From contig OX337235.1 in the NCBI GenBank assembly GCA_946965045.2, positions 992,001 to 1,056,000 of the forward strand: DNA of 64,000 bases. Reading direction: 5' to 3'. Source of the stretch: Epithemia pelagica (Eukaryota; Protista; Bacillariophyta). Positions 22,529 through 32,552 of this stretch are shown here, one piece after another; position 1 is the first letter of the stretch; the number at the start of each line of letters is the position of its first letter. The translations under genes were made by a program, and so were the position numbers. Below the pieces are notes generated by a model. The model had not been told where the DNA came from. It made no database searches and saw only the letters and a program-made list of their open reading frames with translations.

Positions 22529-24658
22529 TTACCCCATGCTGGTTTGAGGGGTCGCGAAATTCTTGGTATGACCAATGGTGATATTGTTCATGTCAAGGAA
22601 GAGGTCTATCACCCATTCGATAGGAAGCCAGTTGCACCACTCTTGACCAAACGAAATTAAATCCACAAGGACGTCTTTCCGAAAGGCGATCGCCGCCGAT
22701 CCAAGTCCGTCCATTCCCACCACCTTTGCTCCCAGTTTTGTCGCTTTGGTTTGGAGGTTAGAGTGAAGGGTTCGCCAGGATCCTGCAAACTTCCATTTTA
22801 CATTGTCTCGATTTACCAAAAACCAATCATCCGGTTCTAGGGGCGACACACCTTGTGCTTCAGCGACAAAGAACTTGGTAATAGAAAGAAAGTCAAAACA
22901 CAAAGCACGTCGCCACTCTTTCCGTTCCGGATCATCCTGAGAGGCTTGCTCAAGAGATTGTCTCGAACAGCGTGCACAGTTCTGAATATGGACTGGCAAC
23001 TTGTCTTGCCCTTTCTCCAAGTAGTGAGGTGGAAGTGGAGGGTAAGATCTGTTCAACGCCCCTAAAGCCGCAAAATGTGCATTCGAAAATATCGTCCTGA
23101 CTTTCTCAACATGGACCGATCCCGTTGGATCGACTTGAGCACCAATATCGATCTTGCTGTCAACCATGTTTAGTACAAACACTTGAGACATATTGAACTC
23201 CCTATTTTCCATAGATTCAAGAGTATTGAACAAAAAGCCGGGGTCGCCCTGGCGATAAAACGAAGGTACAACCACCCAAATCCTCCCAGGCAGTAATGCA
23301 AGTCTCTGATCTGTCACGCGGGCTCGTGCTTCTTCTTGTTTTCTTCTTCGCTTTTCTTCCTTTGCCTTCTTCGCTTTTTCTTCTTCTCGTTTGATTACTT
23401 CATCCACATCGTCGACGCGTCCATGCTTCGTTGATACCTTGCCTAGATGTTTCAGGAATCTTTGATGATGCATATGAACTTTGTGGAGATTAGTGTATAA
23501 GTCAAGCAACCAGTCCACGGGAAGCCAATCACACCACTTTTCGCCGAACGAAATCACCTGATAGAGATGATCCTTCTGAAATGCCATGGCAACGGCACCC
23601 GATCCAAAAAAATCTACAATCTTGGAGTCATTAAGATTTTTTGCAATCTCGATCGCCATCTTCATTCTCTCCCAGGTACCAGGGAATTTCCATTTTCCAT
23701 CATCTTGGTTGAAAAGGATCCAGTCGTTCTTTGAGGTCACACCTGACGACTCCACAGACTTGAGTACGGAGCGCGCGATATGGAGAAAGTCATAACATTC
23801 CTTTCGTCGCCAGAGTTTTCGAGTCCCAATGTCAGCAGAAGCCTCCTCCAGCCTCTTCGTGTCTGGAACACAATAACGGTTGTTGGTACACCAGTCCAGC
23901 GACGCAGGTATTGAATGAGTGCCATTTTCAAGGAAACCGGCGGGAAGCGGAGGCAATGCTGCATCCGCTGATGTGACAGTCAGGAAGTGAGTTTCCGGGT
24001 ACAAGCCTTTGGCTTCCTCAAATCGCACATGAATGTTTGGGTCAAGATCGGTGGTATTCGCCATAACATTACTTTGGGTCAGGTTTGATGTCGTTCTTGG
24101 TAGTTCAGACGGTTTTGTTTGTGTGGTATTCTCTTCATTGTTTGCTAGGTTGTATACAAAGACTTGAGACATGGGGAATGCTCGCGTATTCATTGATTCA
24201 AGAACTTGAATCAAATAATCGGGGTCGCCTCTGCGCCGAACAGATGGAATAAACACCCAAATCCGGGAAACCTGATTTCCTGTTTGTACAACCTGACTGC
24301 TGGTTTTCATCGCAATTCTTCGGTTCGATTTCAGTCCTTCTTTTCCTTGAAGAAAGGCTTGTTGTGTGTATCTCGAGCGTTTCGCCAAATTCTGTCCTTT
24401 TGACTCTCCTTGAGACCCAAGCTCTTGTCGAATCAAACTCAAGTTGAATACAAGAGCAATCACGCAAAGCAGCGCAAAGTACACGCTCAGTCGGATTCTT
24501 GGCCGTTGGGTGCTGGATGGCTTTCTGGTGGCTGTTTTGCCGTTCGGTGAACGTTTCCCAGCTGCCGGACTTGAATGCGGCTTAGCCATTGTCATGGCGG
24601 CTGGAGACATGAGCTTGTTGTGCACTACGATGTGTGGCCTGTCTATGGAACTGATCAA
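22529..24658 (-). CDS. Type II membrane protein with two tandem GT54/MGAT4-like glycosyltransferase domains
   Basis: N-terminal TM anchor, then two homologous domains. Domain 1: IWVFIPSVRRRGDPDYLIQVLESM, WRRKECYDF, NQDD, LPVDWLLD, KHLGKVST. These parallel MGAT4 (GIPxVxRE..SYL, WRxKQxLD, EDD, KPIDWLLD, QHVG). Domain 2 repeats the pattern after a charged linker. Confidence 0.7.
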   Translation of the reverse strand: MISSIDRPHIVVHNKLMSPAAMTMAKPHSSPAAGKRSPNGKTATRKPSSTQRPRIRLSVYFALLCVIALVFNLSLIRQELGSQGESKGQNLAKRSRYTQQAFLQGKEGLKSNRRIAMKTSSQVVQTGNQVSRIWVFIPSVRRRGDPDYLIQVLESMNTRAFPMSQVFVYNLANNEENTTQTKPSELPRTTSNLTQSNVMANTTDLDPNIHVRFEEAKGLYPETHFLTVTSADAALPPLPAGFLENGTHSIPASLDWCTNNRYCVPDTKRLEEASADIGTRKLWRRKECYDFLHIARSVLKSVESSGVTSKNDWILFNQDDGKWKFPGTWERMKMAIEIAKNLNDSKIVDFFGSGAVAMAFQKDHLYQVISFGEKWCDWLPVDWLLDLYTNLHKVHMHHQRFLKHLGKVSTKHGRVDDVDEVIKREEEKAKKAKEEKRRRKQEEARARVTDQRLALLPGRIWVVVPSFYRQGDPGFLFNTLESMENREFNMSQVFVLNMVDSKIDIGAQVDPTGSVHVEKVRTIFSNAHFAALGALNRSYPPLPPHYLEKGQDKLPVHIQNCARCSRQSLEQASQDDPERKEWRRALCFDFLSITKFFVAEAQGVSPLEPDDWFLVNRDNVKWKFAGSWRTLHSNLQTKATKLGAKVVGMDGLGSAAIAFRKDVLVDLISFGQEWCNWLPIEWVIDLFLDMNNITIGHTKNFATPQTSMG

Positions 24659-25089
24659 TCGGATGCGGCGTTATCGTTTGTGACAAAGCACTCCCAACGA
24701 TCGTAACGCATGAGATCACGGAACAAAAACTTGTTCGAGAGGTGCACTTTTTGGGCACCTGTTCTTAGGCCGTTCCTATGTAGATAGCGCGACCCGTGAC
24801 TCTACGGTAGCACGTCGCACGCATAGACACAAGGCAAACTATATACCGAGTATTTTCGCCGTGGTGAATAAAGTCCGATGGATGATAGATGGCCATAGAG
24901 CAAGCGTTATTGACCACTGATGAGAATCAACCCGTCCACGCAAAATTCTCCTTTCCAAGCAGATGAAAGAAGTGAATATTCGGTCTTAACTTCTGTCTAA
25001 AGGCATAAAACTAGAAACACAGTGTTCCAGCAAGCTTCTCCCATAGATTCTCCTTCTCTCTCCCACATGAAAAGGCAACAAACGTGTGG

Positions 25090-26370
25090 CTAATACCGCA
25101 TGCACAAGAGGGAACAGGAAAAGGCCACGCAGACCAACATAATGTATAGAAAACTGCACAAAATGGACAGTATAATCCAGTATTCAATATTGTCGCAGAG
25201 TTCGTCTTCATCGTAGTTGCTGTGAGAGTCGAAATAGTTGTAAATGAGATTGCTCATGTCGTCATTGTTGTTGTCGTTGGCATTGTCGTAGTTGGCATTT
25301 GCATTCTGCATATTGTACATATTGTAGTTGATGTTTCCGTTTGCATTGTAGTTGTTGTAGTTGTCATAGGCGTTGTTGTAGTTGTCATAGGCGTTGTTGT
25401 AGTTGTCATAGGCGTTGTTGTAGTTGTTGTTTGCATTGTTGTAGTTGTTGTAGTTGTTGTTTGCATTGTTGTAGTTGTCGTACGCGTTGTTGGCGTTGTT
25501 GTATCCATTGTATGCATCGTAATTGGCGTTATCGTTGCCGTAGGCGTCGTAGTTGCCATAGTCATTGTATCCATAGTCCTGGCCATAGGGGTTGGCGTGA
25601 TTCGCAGGACGTTTTCGGAAAAGAACGTGCGAGATCCCCACCGATTGCCAAATGCACCAGAACACAACTGTCGCCATGTACAAGGCAACGACCATGTCAT
25701 AGCAAAATACTTGCTTGAGACGTTGAAGAGAGTTTGCTTCTCCATCGTCATCACCACTGACTCCCAGAACCACATCTCGAGAGGCCCGTTCCTTCCATGA
25801 TTTACTAGCAGGGAGTGATGAGGGAAAGGTAGTGGTCTTTCCTATCGTATACAAGACCTTGTCACCCAATGTTGGCATTTTCATGGGCTTCTTCATGGCG
25901 CTATTGGGTAGCGTCTGGAATTTCGTTCGGGGAACCGGTGTGATGGTCCCATCGGTTTCAGCGCTTGTATTCCACACGCCATCATTCTCGTCATCGAATT
26001 CCAATATTTCAGGTGTAGCAGTACTGCTTCTTCTGGTATTCATGGAAATGCGCTCATCCTGAATCCGTTTGACAATGTAAAAGGCCCCCCATATATGAAT
26101 CATGGACAAGCCTGCATTGATCCACAACCATCGATCACCAGGGCTGCAACGCATGGCTTCGTTCAGCACCCCAATGGCTGCCCGAATGCCCCAACCTACA
26201 GGCGGCAAGTGCAGAGCCACTGTCGTCAAGAGATAGGGGGTGAACGGAGATGCCAAGGCCCGACCCAACCAGTTGAAGGAATCACCACCACAGGCCCGAC
26301 AAGGACAAGTTATCACGAAGACGACGCCTTGACAGGCGTTCGCCATAGATTGACAAAGTACCGCTGCCAT
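25090..26370 (-). CDS. Uncharacterised multi-pass membrane protein with an Asn/Tyr/Asp-rich insert; paralogue of 37317..38138
   Basis: Four hydrophobic segments and a Cys-rich N-terminus. Shares SPFxPYLxTTVAL, WLWINA, QVxCYDMVVA and LVCVAFSCSLLC with the 37.3 kb gene. Confidence 0.8.
   Translation of the reverse strand: MAAVLCQSMANACQGVVFVITCPCRACGGDSFNWLGRALASPFTPYLLTTVALHLPPVGWGIRAAIGVLNEAMRCSPGDRWLWINAGLSMIHIWGAFYIVKRIQDERISMNTRRSSTATPEILEFDDENDGVWNTSAETDGTITPVPRTKFQTLPNSAMKKPMKMPTLGDKVLYTIGKTTTFPSSLPASKSWKERASRDVVLGVSGDDDGEANSLQRLKQVFCYDMVVALYMATVVFWCIWQSVGISHVLFRKRPANHANPYGQDYGYNDYGNYDAYGNDNANYDAYNGYNNANNAYDNYNNANNNYNNYNNANNNYNNAYDNYNNAYDNYNNAYDNYNNYNANGNINYNMYNMQNANANYDNANDNNNDDMSNLIYNYFDSHSNYDEDELCDNIEYWIILSILCSFLYIMLVCVAFSCSLLCMRY
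25351..25427. repeat. 21-bp coding tandem repeat (three exact copies plus a partial), encoding AYDNYNN
   Basis: GTTGTTGTAGTTGTCATAGGC at 25351, 25372 and 25393, within a wider degenerate Asn-rich array at about 25230-25590. Confidence 0.9.
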
Positions 26371-27350
26371 GTTCAATGACTGCTTTGGTCGTCACCGCAA
26401 ACTGTTTGTTGACTCTGTGTTGTTGAAACGGGGGGAATCGATCAATCGCTTTGCGCGGCTTCCTGTTTTTGCCATTGAGGCTGCAAGTTGGGAGTCCTGT
26501 GAGGGGCTAACTTGTGAGCAGCCGTCTTTGGATTGTTATTGGTGCCTCGAGCGCGCGCCGTCCGTACAATTAATCTTCTTTGACACACAGCGACCAAACT
26601 TTTATTATTGCCCACGTGCGTTGAGTCTTGCTCGACATTCGTATATCTAAGGAACTCATCCGATATGGACGGTTGAATGCCCGTTCATCGACAAAATTCT
26701 CTGCACATGCGCTTTGGAATTAAATATGCCCATCGATCCCACGCCACGAGCTCCCATCTCTTGATCCGTTCCTGCCCCTCACTTTTTTAGCCCTTTTCAA
26801 ACATTTTTTCGAAAGGGTTTCGTTCCCTTGCGCTTCAGACTCCGAGCCTGTTCTTTGACCACCTTCTTGTTCCTGGACAGAGATCCACCGCAAATTTGTA
26901 GTCTTTCGCAATGGTTCTATCATGGTTATAAACAGCAAACGGAAATCGGTGCTCTCGTCCTGTGATCTCGAGAGAAGGCACATCATCCTTTCCATGTCCT
27001 TTATTCATCTCGCCAACTCGCCAAGTCGAAAACTGAGAATGTAACTGCCATGAACAAGGCGGTCTTGACTTCCCAAAGCAGCAAGGTTTCCCGTTCTCGA
27101 ATTGTCGTTCTTGTCGAACGATCGTTAGTTTATAAAGGTTACAAATGTAGTAACTAGGAGAAACTCTTTTATTAATTCAAATGTTGACCGTTACGATGGA
27201 ATTCACAGGGACAAGAGGTCAAAACTGCCAAAAACCAACCTGGCAGTAGCTTCTAGGGTAAAACCTCCATTCCCTGTTCAATAAAGATTGCGAACATATA
27301 CTTGGGACTTATTTGCTTGTTGGTGAAAATGAGTGAAAATCTTTAGCCAG

Positions 27351-29372
27351 TCACGACCCTTGCTTGAGCCCAACACTCTCCTTTCCAATTGCACTGTTTT
27401 CGGCGTTTAAAATTGGAGGGTGTTCGCCGTTTATTTTTCCTCTCTCTTCATTCAAAAGTTCGGCGTCTTCCGCCGACTGAAGCGTGTCTAGGTGCTCGTA
27501 CGGTGATTGCGCAATATCGCGGAAGCGAGCAATATCCTTAGGTTCATACACTCTGCGAACAATGGAATCAACCGCTGTAAACAAGGGATACTTGGATTCC
27601 CACCCTCGGCTTTCAATGACCAATCTGACTTCATGACTTGTGAGGACACCCTGGAGCTTCTGGCCACGAAGGAGCTCTGCTTCAAGCTCTCCGAATGTCT
27701 TGGTGCCACTACATTCAGCATAAGCCTTTGACACCCTGTGGTTACGTCCACCATAACAGGTTGCAATGAGATCAGCCACGCCGCAATTCTCAAAGAATGT
27801 CTCGTCTTTCACAGATGAATGCATCTCCTTCGCAAACAACCTCATTTCGTAAAGACCCTGCCGAAGAATGGTCGCCTTCGCGTTCTCCCCAAGCTTGCAT
27901 CCATCCGCAAAACCTGCGGCAACAGCCACAACATTCTTGAGGGCCCCCGCTAATTCAGCTCCCTCAACGTCAGCAATGACCGTTGTAGAAAAGTAGGTTG
28001 TGTCAAATAGCTCTTGAAAAATTTCACCCTCTGTGGAGGAGTGCGAACCAATGGTGGCTTCACATAAGCCACCAGGAAGGATCTCGGAGGCAAGATTGGC
28101 ACCCATCAACACACTGCAATTAATGTGAAGAATGTCTCGAACCATACTCGACATGAGAGCCGGTCCTTTCGGTGTGATGTGGATGCCTTTAATGAGAGAA
28201 ATGGCCATGGCGGTTGGTTTTGTTTTCAATTGTATTTGTTTACAAATACGCGGCATGTACTGATGCGGCGCACAAAAAATGATCAAGTCAGCATCCTTGA
28301 CCGTATCCTCCAAGCTTGGATTGGCAACAACATTGTCTCCGAAGTGAACTCCGGGAAGATATTTCGGGTTTGCGTGTTCCCTGTTGATGGCATCCGTTAG
28401 TTTGCCACCCCAATACTCTTCTTCATATACATACATATCCACACGATCTTTGAACAACGGCTTCTTCTTGGCATTGTAGGACACCATTTGCATAGCAGCA
28501 CTTGCAAAGGCTCCACTACCAACCATTGCCACCTTAAGACGAGGGAGCGCATTTGAGAGTTCCGAATAGTCCATTACAAACCAATCGGCTCTCTTTCTAA
28601 CTTGATCGTGTTCGACAACTCCTCCATATCCAATAAACAAGTCGGCTCCTCCGGTTTGTTCTACAGCCTCTATATCCGAGATTCCATCACCAACCATTAC
28701 TACTGTGTGAACTCCCTCCATGGTCCGAATCCTTCGAATTGCCTCTGGCTTTCCACCCTTTCTGCTCGTTGGTTCGTTTCGATCGAAACCCTTGACGCCA
28801 ATTTGTGGTAGTGGAACCTTGACATCATCCTCTGACGCCGAGTAAATGAAGCGATTCGCAAAAATGTTCTCGCGGGGGATGCCCAGTTCATCTGCCACAG
28901 GAAGTACGAGTTCACGAAATCCGCCACTAATAAGGTAAACTTGAACACCTCGAGCTTGCAACTCTTCGACAAGTGGCTTAATCCCAGGAGACAAAAGTTT
29001 CGCGGCAGGTTTCGATTTTATGTAGTCCGCGATTTTCTCCACCGTTGGTTCCATGATCTCAAGGCGCTTTTGCAAGGCTTCCTCCAGTTCCATGGTGCCA
29101 TTCATGGCAGCCGCCGTTACTGACTTGACTTGCTCTCCCTTACCAAGGAACTCTGCCAAATCATCAAGGGCATCTTGTTGCGTTACAGTACAATCCACGT
29201 CAAAACAGACAACTTCGGCCTGTTGCCAAAGTTTGAGAATTTGTGAAGAGGCCTGAAGCGCTGGAATTCGCGTTTTCACTTTAGACATGTTGCGAACGAT
29301 AACTCGCTGCCGAAGCGCTTGGGTCATGCCGTTCAGATTCCATCCTGACTGATTGCAAACCCGCCGCAACAT
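27351..29372 (-). CDS. GPD: Bidomain HAD (phosphoserine-phosphatase-like) phosphatase / NAD-dependent glycerol-3-phosphate dehydrogenase, copy 1
   Basis: HAD motifs FDVDCT, SGGF, GKPEAI, GDGISD, followed by GPDH motifs GSGAFAS, SLIKGI, LKNVVAVAAGF, DLIATCYGGRN. Likely start MLRRVCN (ATG 29372), which looks like a mitochondrial presequence. Confidence 0.93.
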   Translation of the reverse strand: MLRRVCNQSGWNLNGMTQALRQRVIVRNMSKVKTRIPALQASSQILKLWQQAEVVCFDVDCTVTQQDALDDLAEFLGKGEQVKSVTAAAMNGTMELEEALQKRLEIMEPTVEKIADYIKSKPAAKLLSPGIKPLVEELQARGVQVYLISGGFRELVLPVADELGIPRENIFANRFIYSASEDDVKVPLPQIGVKGFDRNEPTSRKGGKPEAIRRIRTMEGVHTVVMVGDGISDIEAVEQTGGADLFIGYGGVVEHDQVRKRADWFVMDYSELSNALPRLKVAMVGSGAFASAAMQMVSYNAKKKPLFKDRVDMYVYEEEYWGGKLTDAINREHANPKYLPGVHFGDNVVANPSLEDTVKDADLIIFCAPHQYMPRICKQIQLKTKPTAMAISLIKGIHITPKGPALMSSMVRDILHINCSVLMGANLASEILPGGLCEATIGSHSSTEGEIFQELFDTTYFSTTVIADVEGAELAGALKNVVAVAAGFADGCKLGENAKATILRQGLYEMRLFAKEMHSSVKDETFFENCGVADLIATCYGGRNHRVSKAYAECSGTKTFGELEAELLRGQKLQGVLTSHEVRLVIESRGWESKYPLFTAVDSIVRRVYEPKDIARFRDIAQSPYEHLDTLQSAEDAELLNEERGKINGEHPPILNAENSAIGKESVGLKQGS

Positions 29373-30365
29373 TGTCAGTCGATGCCTATGGTCGAGAGTT
29401 GGCGGATATCCAAGCTTCTCCCCCGTCCTCACGTTGGATGATGTTAGGGATGTTGGATGGACACTCGCAGACCACATCAAGTTTGACTTCTCTGCGACAT
29501 CCATCGAACACCTAGCGACAGTAAGCCATAGCGTTTGAAAGCTCAAAATGGGTCATGATCCCACACAGTTTTCAATATGGATATGGACATCCGCCGCTTG
29601 GTATTACTCCTAACATGCGAGCAGAAGTTTCTGGTGCATCACCATTCACCATGCGGATGCAAAATCTGCTGTTTACGTGTTCTTGTATCGAGAATTGGCC
29701 CGCTCGGAAACTGTTTGTTCTCTCCGCCCCACCCAGGGATGCTATGATACCTATACTAACTACGCCTAATAGAATACAGACACCCTTAGAAAAGAACTGT
29801 CATCTGTCCAGAGTTTTCAACGCGATCGGACTCTATCCGTCGCTGGGAAGTACTTTCTCGTACGCACTTTCTCTAACGAAGGAGGTGTCAATGTCAACAT
29901 CTCCGCCGATGTTGTTCTTGCTATCGTCATTACTCCTAATAACTAATACACCCTTCTCAGTGTTCTATTCTCGCCGTTGAAAAATAAGAGATGTAGACAT
30001 GGTAGTCGCATTGGTAGTAGACACATGTTCTTATAGCCTGTAATTGATCTATCGTTGAGATTTGGTATTTTGCCTTTCTATTCTTCAATACCTTGCTTCG
30101 AAGCCAGCGATGGAGAAGTGACCATTTCGGAGTTCACAGTGCCCTGCCATTTAGCCAGTGCGAGCCGTCTGTAGAGGACAGATCATGCTTTGTGTAAGAA
30201 TGACGAAGTAGCAAATCGTTCTTAGAAAAGTCGTTGTATATATTTAATATTGTGACAAAAAACCTCTACTGGATACAGGTGCTATGGCATTCAAATAAAA
30301 TGGTGCCCAGGAAAAATATGAAAATGGAGCTGTTCCAGCTCTAAAATCTCATATGAGTATGCTCC

Positions 30366-32552
30366 TTAAACAGGGCTCTGGCTGTTCTCCAGAGGTTGAT
30401 GCATCTCCGACTGTTTGCGGTAAATATGGCTCTTGCGGCTGTATTTGGACTGATGCCACTGATCCAACCAATATTTCAGTTGACGGCTGTGTTCGTTCAT
30501 CGGAACCTTGGCCAAGGAATCACTGGCCTTTTCAATGGCAACTCTGTTCATGTCAGCAACCTGAGCTTCAATCCTCAATGCTTGTTCCTCCTGGGCGCTA
30601 ACCGTCACCGTGTCAACTGGTTCATCTACGGGATCGACGCGAACATTCGGTGATTCGGCAATTTCGCGGAAACGAGCAATATCTTTTGGCTCGTACACAC
30701 GACGGACAATGGAGTCGACGGCGGTGAAGAGAGGGTAAACCTTCTCCCATCCGCGACTTTCAATGACCAATCTGACTTCGTGACTTGTGAGGACACCCTG
30801 GAGCTTCTGACCACGCAAAAGGTCGGCTTCCAGTTCCGCAAATGTCTTGGATCCATCGAGTTCAGCGTATGCTTTGGAGACCCTGTGATTTCGACCACCG
30901 TAACATGTGGCAATGAGATCGGCGACACCGCAGTTCTCAAAGAATGTTTCGTCCGAGACAGTCGAATACATGGACTTGGCAAACAACCGCATTTCGTAAA
31001 GACCCTGCCGAAGAATGGTCGCCTTCGCGTTCTCCCCTAGCTTGCATCCATCCGCAAAACCTGCGGCAACAGCCACAACATTCTTGAGGGCCCCCGCTAA
31101 TTCAGCTCCCTCAACGTCATTGATAACAGTAGTAGAAAAATATTCCGTATCAAACAATTCTTGGAAAATTTGGCCTTCTCCGTAAGAATGAGAACCAATG
31201 GTGGCTTCACATAAGCCACCAGGAAGGATCTCGGAAGCAAGATTGGCACCCATCAACACACTGCAATTAATGTGAAGAATGTCTCGGACCATACTCGACA
31301 TGAGAGCCGGTCCTTTCGGTGTGATGTGGATGCCTTTAATGAGAGAAATGGCCATGGCGGTTGGTTTTGTTTTCAATTGTATTTGCTTGCAAATACGCGG
31401 CATGTACTGATGCGGCGCACAAAAAATGATCAAGTCAGCATCCTTGACAGTATCCTCCAAGCTTGGATTGGCAACAACATTGTCTCCAAAGTGAACTCCG
31501 GGAAGATATTTTGGGTTGGCATGTTCCCTGTTGATGGCATCGGTTAGTTTTCCACCTTCATACTCTTCTTCGTATACATACATATCCACGCGGTCCTCAA
31601 ACAACGGCTTTTTCTTGGCATTGACCGAAACCATTTGCATCGCAGCACTGGCAAAGGCTCCACTACCAACCATAGCCACTTTGAGGCGTGGCAAGGTATC
31701 ATGCAGTTGTTGGTAGTCCGTGACATACCAATCCGCCTTCTCCCGAACTTTCTCATGTGGCACAACTCCTCCGTATCCAATAAACAAGTCGGCTCCTCCG
31801 GTTTCTTCGACCGCTTCGAGGTCCGTGATTCCATCACCGACCATAACTACAGTCTGAACACCGTGCATGGCACGAATACGACGAATCGCTTCGGGTTTGC
31901 CACCCTTGCGGCTCGTGGGTTCCTCAGGATCGTAGCTCTTGACTCTGATTTTGGGGAAGGTAGCCTTCGGGTCATCTTCGGACGCCGCATAAGCAAACCG
32001 GTTGGCAAAGATGTTCTCACGAGGAATTTTAAGCAAATCCGCAATCGGCAAAATGAGTTCGCGGAATCCGCTGCTTACGAGGTAAATCTGCACACCGCGG
32101 GCCTGCAACTCCTCAATGAGTTCTTTCACACCAGGGACAAGTCGTTTCTCTGCCGGATTGGATTCAATATAAGCCGTCAGCTTGTCGACGGTCGGTTCCA
32201 TGATTTCCAATCGGCGTTCCAATGCGTCCTCGACGTCCATGGTGCCGTCCCTCACAGCTTCGGTAAACTTTCGACAGGCCTCACCCTTTCCCAGGAATTC
32301 GCCCAAGTCATCAATGGCATCTTGCTTGGTGATTGTGCAATCCACATCGAAGCAAACGGCTTCGGCCTGTTGCCAAAGTTTGGTGATCTGGGTGTCCGCC
32401 GCAAAGGATGGAATGCTCGTCCGAACCTTTTTCGATATACTGCTGGAGATTGCACGCGGACTCTGAATGTGAGAGTACTTGGAGGCCAACGAGGCCAACG
32501 TTGCAGGCTGACCGAAGACCCTTCTAGATTGACCCAAAACGAGACGGAACAT
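30366..32552 (-). CDS. GPD: Bidomain HAD phosphatase / GPDH, copy 2
   Basis: Same motifs (FDVDCT, GKPEAI, GDGITD, GSGAFAS, LKNVVA, GGRN). The N-terminus MFRLVLGQSRRVF is Arg/Ser-rich and acid-free, like a mitochondrial presequence. Confidence 0.93.
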   Translation of the reverse strand: MFRLVLGQSRRVFGQPATLASLASKYSHIQSPRAISSSISKKVRTSIPSFAADTQITKLWQQAEAVCFDVDCTITKQDAIDDLGEFLGKGEACRKFTEAVRDGTMDVEDALERRLEIMEPTVDKLTAYIESNPAEKRLVPGVKELIEELQARGVQIYLVSSGFRELILPIADLLKIPRENIFANRFAYAASEDDPKATFPKIRVKSYDPEEPTSRKGGKPEAIRRIRAMHGVQTVVMVGDGITDLEAVEETGGADLFIGYGGVVPHEKVREKADWYVTDYQQLHDTLPRLKVAMVGSGAFASAAMQMVSVNAKKKPLFEDRVDMYVYEEEYEGGKLTDAINREHANPKYLPGVHFGDNVVANPSLEDTVKDADLIIFCAPHQYMPRICKQIQLKTKPTAMAISLIKGIHITPKGPALMSSMVRDILHINCSVLMGANLASEILPGGLCEATIGSHSYGEGQIFQELFDTEYFSTTVINDVEGAELAGALKNVVAVAAGFADGCKLGENAKATILRQGLYEMRLFAKSMYSTVSDETFFENCGVADLIATCYGGRNHRVSKAYAELDGSKTFAELEADLLRGQKLQGVLTSHEVRLVIESRGWEKVYPLFTAVDSIVRRVYEPKDIARFREIAESPNVRVDPVDEPVDTVTVSAQEEQALRIEAQVADMNRVAIEKASDSLAKVPMNEHSRQLKYWLDQWHQSKYSRKSHIYRKQSEMHQPLENSQSPV

